Source: Deferribacterales bacterium
Lineage (GTDB): Bacteria; Chrysiogenota; Deferribacteres; Deferribacterales; Geovibrionaceae
Length of the DNA: 64,000 nt
Direction: 5' to 3'
Assembly (NCBI GenBank): GCA_050251945.1
Contig: JBFWLW010000003.1
Location: 1-64,000, forward strand
Of this stretch, positions 1 to 9,018 are shown piece after piece; within the stretch, counting starts at the first letter, position 1, and each line of letters opens with the position of its first letter. Position numbers and translations under genes: made by a program. A model generated the notes under the pieces. It searched no databases. It worked only from the letters and a program-made list of their open reading frames with translations, and was not told where the DNA came from.

Positions 1-116
1 TGCATCGACCAGCTATCGGGTGTGTTGTAACCTTCTGCCTCAAAGGCAAAAGAAACATACGCCGACGTGCCAAGCAGGAGAGCTGTAATTAACAGACTGC
101 TTAACAAATGTCGCAT
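1..116 (-). CDS. Exported protein, N-terminal part only (runs off the window edge)
   Basis: AGGAGG RBS, ATG at 116, open frame MRHLLSSLLITALLLGTSAYVSFAFEAEGYNTPDSWSM with a Sec signal-peptide pattern; absent from the ORF track because it is truncated. Confidence 0.7.
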   Translation of the reverse strand, partial: MRHLLSSLLITALLLGTSAYVSFAFEAEGYNTPDSWSM

Positions 117-203
117 GGGTCCTCCTTTTATCGTTGCGCAGAACAGCAGCCCAGCCGTTATTATCAATGGTTCCTGTTCCGCATGAACCCATCACTACCG
201 CCG

Positions 204-226
204 CGAAGGTCAAACAAGGGTCAACG
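204..226 (-). promoter_or_regulatory. Putative OmpR-family binding site (GTCAAAC repeat, 11-bp period)
   Basis: gtcaaac at 209 and gtcaacg at 220; cgaaggtcaaac (204-215) is identical to 4985-4996. Confidence 0.55.
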
Positions 227-328
227 GCCGACAGCATTTGTATGTCAGCATAAAAAATTATTTAAGGAGGACGCAAAGATATTGCTGAACGGGGGCGTAT
301 AAAAAGCAGCGTTATTGGAAGGGTTATA

Positions 329-2704
329 TCAGCGTTCTTTTATCACCGGAGGATCGTATGCCCTATTTCTCGGCGGTTTCTTATCCAGTTTTTTTATAGC
401 CACAAGGCAGGTGTTCGCAGATATTGCCTGTGCGAATTTTGATGTGGGTCTGTCAGGCGTCAGTATGTTTACCTGACCGGACAGGCATCTCGTATTCTCA
501 ACCGACGGATCTTCCGCGCAGTACCATGCGCCTTCCGCCACGGCGAGAACACCTCTGACAATGTTATCCGTGACATATGCGCCGACAACCACACTTCCGC
601 GGTCGTTGTACACCTCGACCAGTTCACCGTGAGCGATATTAAGCCTTTTTGCATCGTGCTTATTTATGAGTACGGGTTCCCTGCCGTTGATCTTGTAACG
701 TCCTGCAAAACGGGTGAAATCCGCCTGCGAATGGAGCCTGTGTTCCGGATGCGGAGTGATAAGCTGAAAATGATATTTCTTTCTGAGCTTTGAGGCATAG
801 CCCTCTTCAGGCGTAGCCCAGAAAGGATATCCGGGGCAGTCATTATAAGAAAACGAAGCAATTTTTTCAGAAAATATCTCTATCTTGCCCGAAGGAGTGC
901 GCAGATGATTCTTAACAGGATCCTGTCTGTAATCTGCGTAGCGGACATAATCGTCACTTTTTTCAGGCGGCGGAAAATGGATGTATCCTTTCTCCCAGAA
1001 CTGAGAAAAACTCATTTTCGTCTTAACCTTGCTAAAGCTCCATTTTATCCATTCATCGGCAGTTCTGCCTCCGGTGAACTGCTTTTCAAACCCCAGCCGT
1101 TTTGAAATATCCCTGAAAATATCAAAATCATCCCTCGCTTCATGCAGGGGTTCTATTATCTTTTTCATGGCAAAGATATTCTCCACTCCAAACGAAGAGC
1201 CGAAGGCAATATCGTTTCTTTCAAAGCTGGTGGTTGCGGGAAGAACAATATCCGAGTATTTTGCAGTCGGCGTCCACCAAGGTTCATGGGTTATGACTGC
1301 ATCAACGCTTCTGAATCCTTCGATGAGCCTGTTGATATTAGGGTGATGACCGATAGGTGTGACCCCTGCGGAATAGATGAGCTTTATGTTAGGATATGTC
1401 ATCTTGCCGCCGTCATAGTCTATGGTTCTGCCGGGGTTGACCAGCATTTCCGCCATTCGCGATGCGGGGATATAGATACTGACCGGGTTTCTGCCCTCCG
1501 GCAGCATCAGCGGTATGCCGCCCCCTGAATAGGGCGTCCCTGCACTGCAAAACGACATGTTAAAGAACAGTCCGCCGCCCGGCAGACCTATCTGACCTAT
1601 CATGCACCCCAGAGCCACAAGGCTCCAGTGGAACTGTTCACCGTAGCGAACCCTTTGGCACGCCCAGCTTCCAGTGAGTATGGTTCTGTGATTAACGGCA
1701 TATCTGGCAAGCTCTTTTATCTTTTCAGCCTTAACACCGCATATCTTTTCAGCCCATTTTGCGTTTTTCGGCACACCGTCGCTTTTCCCCGAAAGATATT
1801 TGATAAAAACGTCGAAACCGACCGTGTAACCGTCTATGAATTTCTTATTATAAAGATTCTCTTCAAAAAGAGTGTGGCACATGCCAAGTATCATGGCGGT
1901 GTCGCTTGCGGCTCTGATCGGTACCCATTCGCATTTAAGCTCTCTTAAAGTCAGACTTTTCGTAGGGTCTATGGACACTATGCGGGTTCCTTTCGCACGC
2001 ATCTTTCTGAGCCACTCGTTTCCCGTGTGTATCGGAACCTGATAGTCTACTTTGTCGGTTTTAAAGGGATCCGTTCCCCACATGAGCAGAAATTCCGTAT
2101 TTTTCAGCATCACTTCTCTGGACGTCTGCTGACTGTAAACTTCCAGATCGCCCATGATATAGGACAAAAGGTGCGCGGCGGCACCGGCGGAATAATCGCC
2201 CACAGTATCGCAGTAGCCCCCGAAAAGCCCCAGCATTCGCCCCTGAAGAGCTGACGCCTGATTTATCCGTCCGGGGTGCGCCCATCTGGCATAGGTTGTT
2301 TTAAATATTGATTCGTTGCCGTAGCGCTGTTTTGTTTTTATAAGCGACTGAGCCACCAGATCAAGCGCCTCTTTCCAGCTTACACGGACAAACTCCTCCG
2401 CACCTCTTTTGCGGCGGTTGTCGGAGCCGTCCAGAAAGCTTCTTCTTACGCAGGGATATTTTATTCTGTTGGAAGAATATATCGCTTCAGTGAACGCCTT
2501 TATCAGATCAACAGGCTCAATATCCATCCCCATGGCTTCAATCTTTATTATTTTACCGTCTCTGACATACGCTCTGAGCGGTCCCATATGGGTGGCATGT
2601 TCAACCACCCTGTCACCTTTCCCTGCAAATACCTCGGGGCTGTATGAAATAGCTGTCAGAGCGGCGGCTGCCGCCATAATAAACTGTCTGCGGCTCAAAT
2701 CCAT
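329..2704 (-). CDS. Tat-exported molybdopterin oxidoreductase, TorA/DorA/BisC (S-/N-oxide reductase) type
   Basis: SRRQFI twin-arginine signal; no N-terminal Fe-S motif; GDYSAGAA Ser ligand; TPSGKIEI and HSQ motifs; GGAGG RBS before ATG 2704. Confidence 0.9.
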   Translation of the reverse strand: MDLSRRQFIMAAAAALTAISYSPEVFAGKGDRVVEHATHMGPLRAYVRDGKIIKIEAMGMDIEPVDLIKAFTEAIYSSNRIKYPCVRRSFLDGSDNRRKRGAEEFVRVSWKEALDLVAQSLIKTKQRYGNESIFKTTYARWAHPGRINQASALQGRMLGLFGGYCDTVGDYSAGAAAHLLSYIMGDLEVYSQQTSREVMLKNTEFLLMWGTDPFKTDKVDYQVPIHTGNEWLRKMRAKGTRIVSIDPTKSLTLRELKCEWVPIRAASDTAMILGMCHTLFEENLYNKKFIDGYTVGFDVFIKYLSGKSDGVPKNAKWAEKICGVKAEKIKELARYAVNHRTILTGSWACQRVRYGEQFHWSLVALGCMIGQIGLPGGGLFFNMSFCSAGTPYSGGGIPLMLPEGRNPVSIYIPASRMAEMLVNPGRTIDYDGGKMTYPNIKLIYSAGVTPIGHHPNINRLIEGFRSVDAVITHEPWWTPTAKYSDIVLPATTSFERNDIAFGSSFGVENIFAMKKIIEPLHEARDDFDIFRDISKRLGFEKQFTGGRTADEWIKWSFSKVKTKMSFSQFWEKGYIHFPPPEKSDDYVRYADYRQDPVKNHLRTPSGKIEIFSEKIASFSYNDCPGYPFWATPEEGYASKLRKKYHFQLITPHPEHRLHSQADFTRFAGRYKINGREPVLINKHDAKRLNIAHGELVEVYNDRGSVVVGAYVTDNIVRGVLAVAEGAWYCAEDPSVENTRCLSGQVNILTPDRPTSKFAQAISANTCLVAIKKLDKKPPRNRAYDPPVIKER

Positions 2705-2705
2705 T

Positions 2706-4091
2706 TTAAACCTCCCCGACTCCGCCAGAACCTTCACGGCTCTCCGGATAATTATTCTGTCCCTGATCAGAGCAGCAGATGGTTATCTTCGTCCCCCTGC
2801 CCTCTTCCGAGATTATGTTCATTTTCCAGTTTAACTGAACACACATCCTCTGCGCTATGGAAAGCCCGAAGCCGAAACCTTCGGATGCGGAAACACCCTC
2901 TGTGCGGTTAAGATTGTCCATCACGCTCATTGGTATCCCCGGTCCGGTGTCCTCAACACAGACACATGCGCCGTATATGGATATTTTTACATGCCCTTCG
3001 TTTGTATATGTCATGGCATTTCTGATTATGTTGCTGACAACTATATAAAAAAGCTCCGAAGCCACAGGCAGCACCGCCGGGGAATACTCTTCAACGGTGA
3101 CTTTCAGTGGTTTCATGCGCAAAAGATAGCTGTTGTTTTCCACGCTCTCCCTGACAACCATGGCAACATTGCAGGAACCCACGATATCGTCGCGCTCCTG
3201 TTTGGAGAGCCACAAAAACGAACTTATAAGGTGTTCCATATTGCTGACAGCTCTTTTAATTCGCGACAGGAGATGTTGATTTTTTCCGTCACCCTCACCT
3301 ATGTTCTCCGAAAGCACCTTTACGGTATTGCGCAGAACGGTCACCGGAGTACGCAGCTCATGGCTGGCATCCCGCGCGAACACTTTTTCTCTGTTTATGG
3401 CGGACTGCATTTCAGTTATAGCCATTTCAAGAGTGTTCGCCAGATACCCCACCTCGTCGTTTCCGAATCTCCGCGTCAGACTTTCAGGCATAGTTCCGGT
3501 CTCTTCCCATTTTTTTATTATCCTGCTCAAGCGCACCACAGGGTATATCGTCTTATACGCAGTGATGGTTCCCAGCAGCAGCCCCAGTATGAAAACCGGA
3601 AGCACGATTATCATCAGGTACTTTCTGGACGTACTCATAAAAAGATGGTCTGTAAGCAGTGTGGTCGTGTTAAACAGCAGATAAAATCTCTGACCGTCCT
3701 GAAGTGCGCGGATGGCTATATAATAACTCTGTTTATCGTTATCACGTTCATAGTTGCCCTCCGGCAGCGACGTCAGCGTCTTGACAGCCCATTCGGGAAG
3801 ATTGCCGTCCCCCAGATACGATGTCATATACTGAGATTTCGGCATAGGTATCTCGGCTGTGAACACGACAGGTGACGAAGGGGTATTCACTATAGATTTC
3901 AGATATCTGTCTGTTTCAAGCTCCAGCCTCTTTTTCAGAGTTTGCTGCTCGGCATATTTAGTTGAAAGCATGATGCCGACAAACAGGGCGATGCCCAGAA
4001 TTATGCTGAAACCTGCAAAGACAAGAACAATTTTAAAACGAAGGGAACCAAGTAGATTTACTATTACGGCTTCTGTGTATTTTTTAATCAT
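2706..4091 (-). CDS. HAMP-domain sensor histidine kinase
   Basis: Two TM segments, ASHELRTP H-box, NIIRNA N-box, DTGPGI and GFGFGL G-boxes. Confidence 0.93.
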   Translation of the reverse strand: MIKKYTEAVIVNLLGSLRFKIVLVFAGFSIILGIALFVGIMLSTKYAEQQTLKKRLELETDRYLKSIVNTPSSPVVFTAEIPMPKSQYMTSYLGDGNLPEWAVKTLTSLPEGNYERDNDKQSYYIAIRALQDGQRFYLLFNTTTLLTDHLFMSTSRKYLMIIVLPVFILGLLLGTITAYKTIYPVVRLSRIIKKWEETGTMPESLTRRFGNDEVGYLANTLEMAITEMQSAINREKVFARDASHELRTPVTVLRNTVKVLSENIGEGDGKNQHLLSRIKRAVSNMEHLISSFLWLSKQERDDIVGSCNVAMVVRESVENNSYLLRMKPLKVTVEEYSPAVLPVASELFYIVVSNIIRNAMTYTNEGHVKISIYGACVCVEDTGPGIPMSVMDNLNRTEGVSASEGFGFGLSIAQRMCVQLNWKMNIISEEGRGTKITICCSDQGQNNYPESREGSGGVGEV

Positions 4092-4220
4092 AAATAATGT
4101 GCTGCTGCATTGTTATAAATATCAGGAAACAAGCATTTGGTATGTAAATATAATGTACCACGCTCCAATATTTGTAAAGCTTAAGCCTCGCATGATAACG
4201 CTACTTATCGTGAAGAGACA

Positions 4221-4937
4221 TCAGTTTACATGCCTTTCCGAATCATCAATCTTGTATCCGCGCCCTCTTATAGTCTGAAGAAGCTGTTTTTCAAAAGGTT
4301 TATCAACAAGGGTTCTCAGCATGCAGAAATGGGATTTAAGCGCGTTGCTCATGGGCGGCTGGTCTTTCCATATGTCATATTCCAGCTCTTCCTTTGAAAC
4401 AAACCCGGGTGATTTTTCCATCAGACGAAGCAGTATGCGGAAACAGACGTATGAAAGCCTTATGCTCTGCCCCGCACGTTCCACTATCCCTTTGTCGGGG
4501 TCAAGGGTGAGATCGGCAACCTTAAAGACATCCGCAACACACTGCCTGTGTCTTCTTGAAACAGCCTGAAGCCGAACAAGCAGTTCCTCAAGCTCAAACG
4601 GCTTGGTCAGATAATCGTCAGCTCCGCACTTAAACCCGTTCAGCTTGTCGGAAAGCACAACTCTGGCGGTAAGCATCAGCACGGGAATTTTCAGATGCAG
4701 GCTGCTCCTTATCTTTGAGCAGACCTCAAACCCGTTCATTCCGCGCAGGTTTATATCAAGAATAATAGCGTCGTAACAGTTGTTCTTTAAAAGCAGAAGA
4801 GCCTGCTCACCCGACATTGCAAAATCCGTTGCACACTCCCTGCTCTCCATAAAGTCTATGATGCTCTCCGCAACGTCAAAATCGTCTTCAATAAGAAGCA
4901 GCTTCATCCCCTGATTTTCAGATTGTTCTTCTTTCAT
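4221..4937 (-). CDS. OmpR/PhoB-family response regulator
   Basis: LLIEDD, ILDINL, LTA, GADDYLTKPF, winged-helix C-terminus TIRGRGY. Confidence 0.95.
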   Translation of the reverse strand: MKEEQSENQGMKLLLIEDDFDVAESIIDFMESRECATDFAMSGEQALLLLKNNCYDAIILDINLRGMNGFEVCSKIRSSLHLKIPVLMLTARVVLSDKLNGFKCGADDYLTKPFELEELLVRLQAVSRRHRQCVADVFKVADLTLDPDKGIVERAGQSIRLSYVCFRILLRLMEKSPGFVSKEELEYDIWKDQPPMSNALKSHFCMLRTLVDKPFEKQLLQTIRGRGYKIDDSERHVN

Positions 4938-4978
4938 GAGTCCACCTCTATATTTTTAATGACATAAACAGAAGAATT

Positions 4979-5007
4979 GTCAAACGAAGGTCAAACGAAA
5001 GTCAAAT
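4979..5007 (-). promoter_or_regulatory. Putative autoregulatory OmpR-family box (three GTCAAA(C/T) repeats, 11-bp period)
   Basis: gtcaaac at 4979, gtcaaac at 4990, gtcaaat at 5001, upstream of the response regulator. Confidence 0.65.
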
Positions 5008-5106
5008 GGCATTTAACTTTTAATTGTCTTTTACATCATGATAAAAAGATAGGTCGGCAGAAATTAAAGGCAAACGGAAAAAGACAGGGGCGGTGTACCC
5101 GCCCCT

Positions 5107-5243
5107 GACTGATGACAAAGTCAAAAAAATGCGAGATCGCTTCGTCGCTACGCTTCTCGCGAAGACGTAAGTTGCTGTCATTGCGAGGAAGCTGCAGGCT
5201 GACGCGGCAATCTCATTGATTTTAACCAGTTTATCAACAACCT
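5107..5243 (-). mobile_element. MITE-like element, copy 1 (REP doublet between imperfect terminal IRs), flanked by a directly duplicated hairpin
   Basis: Ends gactgatgacaaagt...tttatcaacaacct; reverse-complement homologue of 14543-14682 and 49725-49864; ggggcggtgtacccgcccc at 5087-5105 and again at 5245-5263. Confidence 0.75.
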
Positions 5244-5271
5244 GGGGGCGGTGTACCCGCCCCTCTATCAA

Positions 5272-8200
5272 TCAGAATCTTATGGTAAGATCTGCGTTTA
5301 TGCTCTGGTCTGTGGATTCGCCGGAGAAATTGCCTTTATAGGCAACACCGACAGACGTTCTGGCAGAAACACTGCTGTCAACGCCAAGCTCGAAAACAAC
5401 CGTATCGCGGGCAACGGGTGTGCCCTCTGTTGTGAAGGCATCCGCTCCGTCAAGAGCAACAGTCGTTTCCGGCGTTCTGTCACCAAAGGCGTGCTTAAGC
5501 CCGACAGAGCCGTTGGGTCTCAGTTTCAGACCGCCAAGAACGGTCTGTGCCTCAACACGAAGTCCCGCCGTAGCAAAAACAGTGTCCATATCGGACGAAT
5601 CGCCGCGAAGGGCGGAACTGCCGCCGTCTTCGCTGAAACCGTCTGTATCAAGTTTTGCATATGCAGCGTTCAGGAAGGGAGTGACCTTGCTGCCGCCGTC
5701 TTTAATATCATAGCTTATTTCGCCGAAGAACTGATAGCTGTCGGCGTCATAGTCCGCATCCTGATGTTCGCTGAAACTTCCGAACTCGACGGTTCTGCCG
5801 GTATCCATCTTATGCCATCCGTATGCCGCACCGAAAGTGAGCGTGATATCGTTTATAAGTTTTTCGGCATATGCACCCAGATAGTAGCTTTTCACTGAAC
5901 CGGAGGATGAAAGTGCATCCACGTCATAATTCGTGTTGGAGGCTCCGAAGACAAGACCCGCACTCATTGACGTGTTTATTTCTCTCTCTGCGCCAACCAT
6001 CACGCCGCCTACTGTCCGGCTGAGGTTAGATGTGCCGCTGTTGCCGTCCCAATCAGCTTTTGCGCCAAAAACATTGAACCAGAAATTGTAATTATGTGTC
6101 TGGACAGGAGCGCGCGACAGCACTGCCTCTCTCACAAAACGGCTGTCATCCAGAAGCATGGTCTGTGCGGAAGCATACATTTCGCCTGAAAGCATGGAAA
6201 AAGCCTTCTCTGCTCCTTTTTCGCTGAGCGGAAGAACGGCTCTATAAATGGAGCTGTCTATGCCGAGTGATTCAACTGCATTTGCAACACCGATCTGGTT
6301 ACTTGTTTTGGCAATACCCGAAAAGTCCATGTTGTTGCGCAGAAGCTCTATATACACATCATTCGTATCATATTCGAGATAGACGTCAAGGAACGCAAAA
6401 CCGTCTGTAACCGTATCAAATTTTCCGGTAACACCATCTGTAGAGGTGATCACGGTGTATTTTGTATATGGGTTGTAATCAGAACCGTCACTTGTTCCGT
6501 CTTCCGGTAAGATATTTATTGTTGAACCGCTTTCTATTGTCACAGTACCTGTCGATCTCACCTGATCGCTGTCGCCGTCCTTATCTATCTCAACTTCATA
6601 CGTAGAACCTGTTGAAAATGTTACGTCGGTGACATTCATCGTTCCGATGGAGTTTCCCGGCGCAAGCACGCCGCCGGAATCAACAACGATATCTCCGTAA
6701 TTACCGGAACCGCTGAGTGTGCCGCCGTAAACATCAACATTACTGACAGAACCGTTTATGGAAAGCGAACCGCCGTATATGCTCCAGCTCACGTTATCGG
6801 AATCACCTGTTATCTCCCAGACGCCGTCACCTGTTTTTTCAACGACATCGACACCTTGATACTGTCCGTCATCGCTGATAAGTGAGGTATCCAGAGTTCC
6901 TGTCTCGGAACCGCTGAGCTCAAGTGTGGTGGTACCCGTTCCGGATGTCACTTTTCCGACAATAACTGAGTCCGCGTCAATTACAAGCCTGTTGTCGCCA
7001 TCGCCAAAAGCTATCGCGACGTCGTCTTCACTGCCGGCATCAATAGTACCCTCGTTCACGATTGTAGTATCACCGTCACCCGTTTCAATTGCAGTGCCGG
7101 AACTGACAGTTATAGAGCCTGTGTTAATCAGATAATTGCTTGTTCCGTCCAGAACAACGCCTTTGGTCGCTGCGGTCACTGTTCCGGCGTTAGTAACATT
7201 AACGTCACCATCCGCACTTACGCCGCTTATACCTGAAAGTGCGTTGACAGTTCCGGCGTTCACTATCGTAACTTCGCCAATGGTGGTTTCGGCATATATG
7301 CCGAAGTCATCCTCAGCGTTTATTATACCGCTTACTGTGTTGGTTATGCTGATATCTCCCGTATATTCGGCATATGCGAGTATGCCCGCGTATCCTGCTC
7401 TGTCGGCGACAACAAGGTCATCGTCGGAGGCGGTAAGCGTTCCGCTGTTTACAACTGTTATCGTACCGTTTTCGCTCATCGCATGGATGGCGCTGTCGTC
7501 ACCCGACGTAACGGAACCTGAGTTTTCAATACTGACATCCCCGTCATCCGACCATGCCACAAGCCCCTGACGCGTTTCCGATTCAACCGTTCCGCTGTTG
7601 TTTATGTATGCGAGACCGTGATAGTTAATTGCGCGCATGCCTGCCAGATATGAGCTGACAGTGCCTGTGTTGGCCAGACTCACAGTGGCTGGATCAGCGC
7701 TTGTGTTATTATATCCGCCGTCACCGTAAATACCCCAGTCGTCAACAGACGTGGAACTTCCGTTGTTCACGATGGTAACCGAACCAAGATTTGTCGATCC
7801 GGTGATACCGGGACCGCCTGAAGCGTTTGACTGCGCTGTACCGTTGTTAGTTATCGTAATGTCACCGGAAGTGTCATTTTTTACCCAGACAGCTCCGAAT
7901 CCGCCGTTTGATGTGACGCTGACGTCTGATCCGATAATCACTATCGCATCGCGGTTCGCAGAGTTGGTCTGCATTACTACACCACTGTATGAAGGGCTGT
8001 TGATGGTCGTACTACCAGAAAGTATGAGTGTCTGTGTTATATCGCTGACGTTATCGTCAGTGGTGCGCAGTTCCACCCAATTTGATGTCTCGCCGTCCAC
8101 CGTAAGGGTTATACTGCCGCTTCCGGTACTGGTCTGGATATAATCCGTACCGCAGTGGGTGGATGTAACAGTTGCATCGCCGGTATTAGTGCACGAAGCG

Positions 8201-8304
8201 TACGCTGGAACCGAAGTCACAGCCGCAAAAGCGATGATACTGATAACGATAAATTTGGAAAATGACGGGATTGGGGGCTTTGATGGTTTTTGAAACCTGT
8301 TCAT
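5272..8304 (-). CDS. Autotransporter (type Va) with Ser/Thr/Gly/Asp-rich beta-helical passenger, probable adhesin
   Basis: Signal peptide ending AYA; repeated xNxGTV motifs; PGNSIGT and LSGEMYAS linker motifs; C-terminal beta-barrel ending in F. Confidence 0.9.
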   Translation of the reverse strand: MNRFQKPSKPPIPSFSKFIVISIIAFAAVTSVPAYASCTNTGDATVTSTHCGTDYIQTSTGSGSITLTVDGETSNWVELRTTDDNVSDITQTLILSGSTTINSPSYSGVVMQTNSANRDAIVIIGSDVSVTSNGGFGAVWVKNDTSGDITITNNGTAQSNASGGPGITGSTNLGSVTIVNNGSSTSVDDWGIYGDGGYNNTSADPATVSLANTGTVSSYLAGMRAINYHGLAYINNSGTVESETRQGLVAWSDDGDVSIENSGSVTSGDDSAIHAMSENGTITVVNSGTLTASDDDLVVADRAGYAGILAYAEYTGDISITNTVSGIINAEDDFGIYAETTIGEVTIVNAGTVNALSGISGVSADGDVNVTNAGTVTAATKGVVLDGTSNYLINTGSITVSSGTAIETGDGDTTIVNEGTIDAGSEDDVAIAFGDGDNRLVIDADSVIVGKVTSGTGTTTLELSGSETGTLDTSLISDDGQYQGVDVVEKTGDGVWEITGDSDNVSWSIYGGSLSINGSVSNVDVYGGTLSGSGNYGDIVVDSGGVLAPGNSIGTMNVTDVTFSTGSTYEVEIDKDGDSDQVRSTGTVTIESGSTINILPEDGTSDGSDYNPYTKYTVITSTDGVTGKFDTVTDGFAFLDVYLEYDTNDVYIELLRNNMDFSGIAKTSNQIGVANAVESLGIDSSIYRAVLPLSEKGAEKAFSMLSGEMYASAQTMLLDDSRFVREAVLSRAPVQTHNYNFWFNVFGAKADWDGNSGTSNLSRTVGGVMVGAEREINTSMSAGLVFGASNTNYDVDALSSSGSVKSYYLGAYAEKLINDITLTFGAAYGWHKMDTGRTVEFGSFSEHQDADYDADSYQFFGEISYDIKDGGSKVTPFLNAAYAKLDTDGFSEDGGSSALRGDSSDMDTVFATAGLRVEAQTVLGGLKLRPNGSVGLKHAFGDRTPETTVALDGADAFTTEGTPVARDTVVFELGVDSSVSARTSVGVAYKGNFSGESTDQSINADLTIRF

Positions 8305-8391
8305 GTTGTTCTCCGACTGAAAATTTTACGTGATATTCTTCTAAAACTCAGAAAAGAAAGCCATCCCCGCAAAACGGCAAAACAAGAAATG

Positions 8392-8407
8392 CATCCGTAT
8401 ACGGATG
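8392..8407. promoter_or_regulatory. Perfect 16-bp palindrome, putative operator
   Basis: catccgtatacggatg, 88 bp upstream of the autotransporter start. Confidence 0.4.
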
Positions 8408-8498
8408 TTGAACGAATTGTGTTACAATTGAATATATTATGAGGTTATCAGGAACACATTCCAGAGTCAATTGAATATCATGTTACTAATAACATGGT

Positions 8499-8876
8499 TC
8501 ATTCATTATACCTGTCCAGCATAACGGTTCCCACAGTGAAACAAACCGCAGTAAGTCCCAGAAGAAGTATGAATGACGGCATTGTCTCAACGGTCAGCTC
8601 TCCTGCGCGGATAAGCATATTTGCATGGCTTAAAGGCAGCAGCCATACAACTTTTTGCAGCCAGTGCGGAAGAAAATCAACCGGATAAAACGTTCCCGAA
8701 AAGAACGCCATCGGCATTATAATGAAGTTTGTCAGCACGGCGTGGTTCTCGATGTCGTCAATGACAACACCGATGATGACCCCTGCCGCAAGATGCACCG
8801 CAAACAGCACCACAGAGCAGACTGCGAGCGGATACATCATTATTCCGCCCTTCTGCATCATATCTGCTATGTCCAT
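8499..8876 (-). pseudogene. Chimeric remnant: ExbB/TolQ/MotA-like N-terminus fused to an ABC-2 permease C-terminus
   Basis: MMQKGGIMMYPLAVCSVV is typical of ExbB/TolQ starts; PMAFFSGTFYPVDFLPHWLQKVVWLLPLSHA is an ABC-2 permease signature; only 125 aa; AGGAGG RBS. Confidence 0.7.
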
Positions 8877-8895
8877 CTCTCCTCCTGTAAAATTA

Positions 8896-8914
8896 GATAC
8901 TGATTTTCAATATC
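8896..8914. promoter_or_regulatory. Fur box
   Basis: gatactgattttcaatatc matches GATAATGATAATCATTATC at 15 of 19 positions, just upstream of the exbB-like start. Confidence 0.65.
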
Positions 8915-9018
8915 AATAATATAATTCAATGTCAAGCTTGAGATGTTAAAGACAGGTATGTGAAAATTTTGATGATGATGGTATCGGGCGGCACAGAATG
9001 CCGCCCTTTATGCTTGTG

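Noticed and set aside
40..302. ORF-track entries 40-237 (-) and 108-302 (+)
   Set aside because: Implausible peptides; the supported gene starts at 116 on the minus strand with a strong RBS
5085..5264. Repeat-spacer-repeat pattern read as a mini-CRISPR or attC cassette array
   Set aside because: Only two hairpin copies per locus, the intervening sequence is conserved between loci, and there is no cas or integrase gene
5020..5271. 83-aa ORF and its look-alike at 14546-14932
   Set aside because: The shared peptide (NEIAASA..FLAMTA) is simply translation through the MITE repeat
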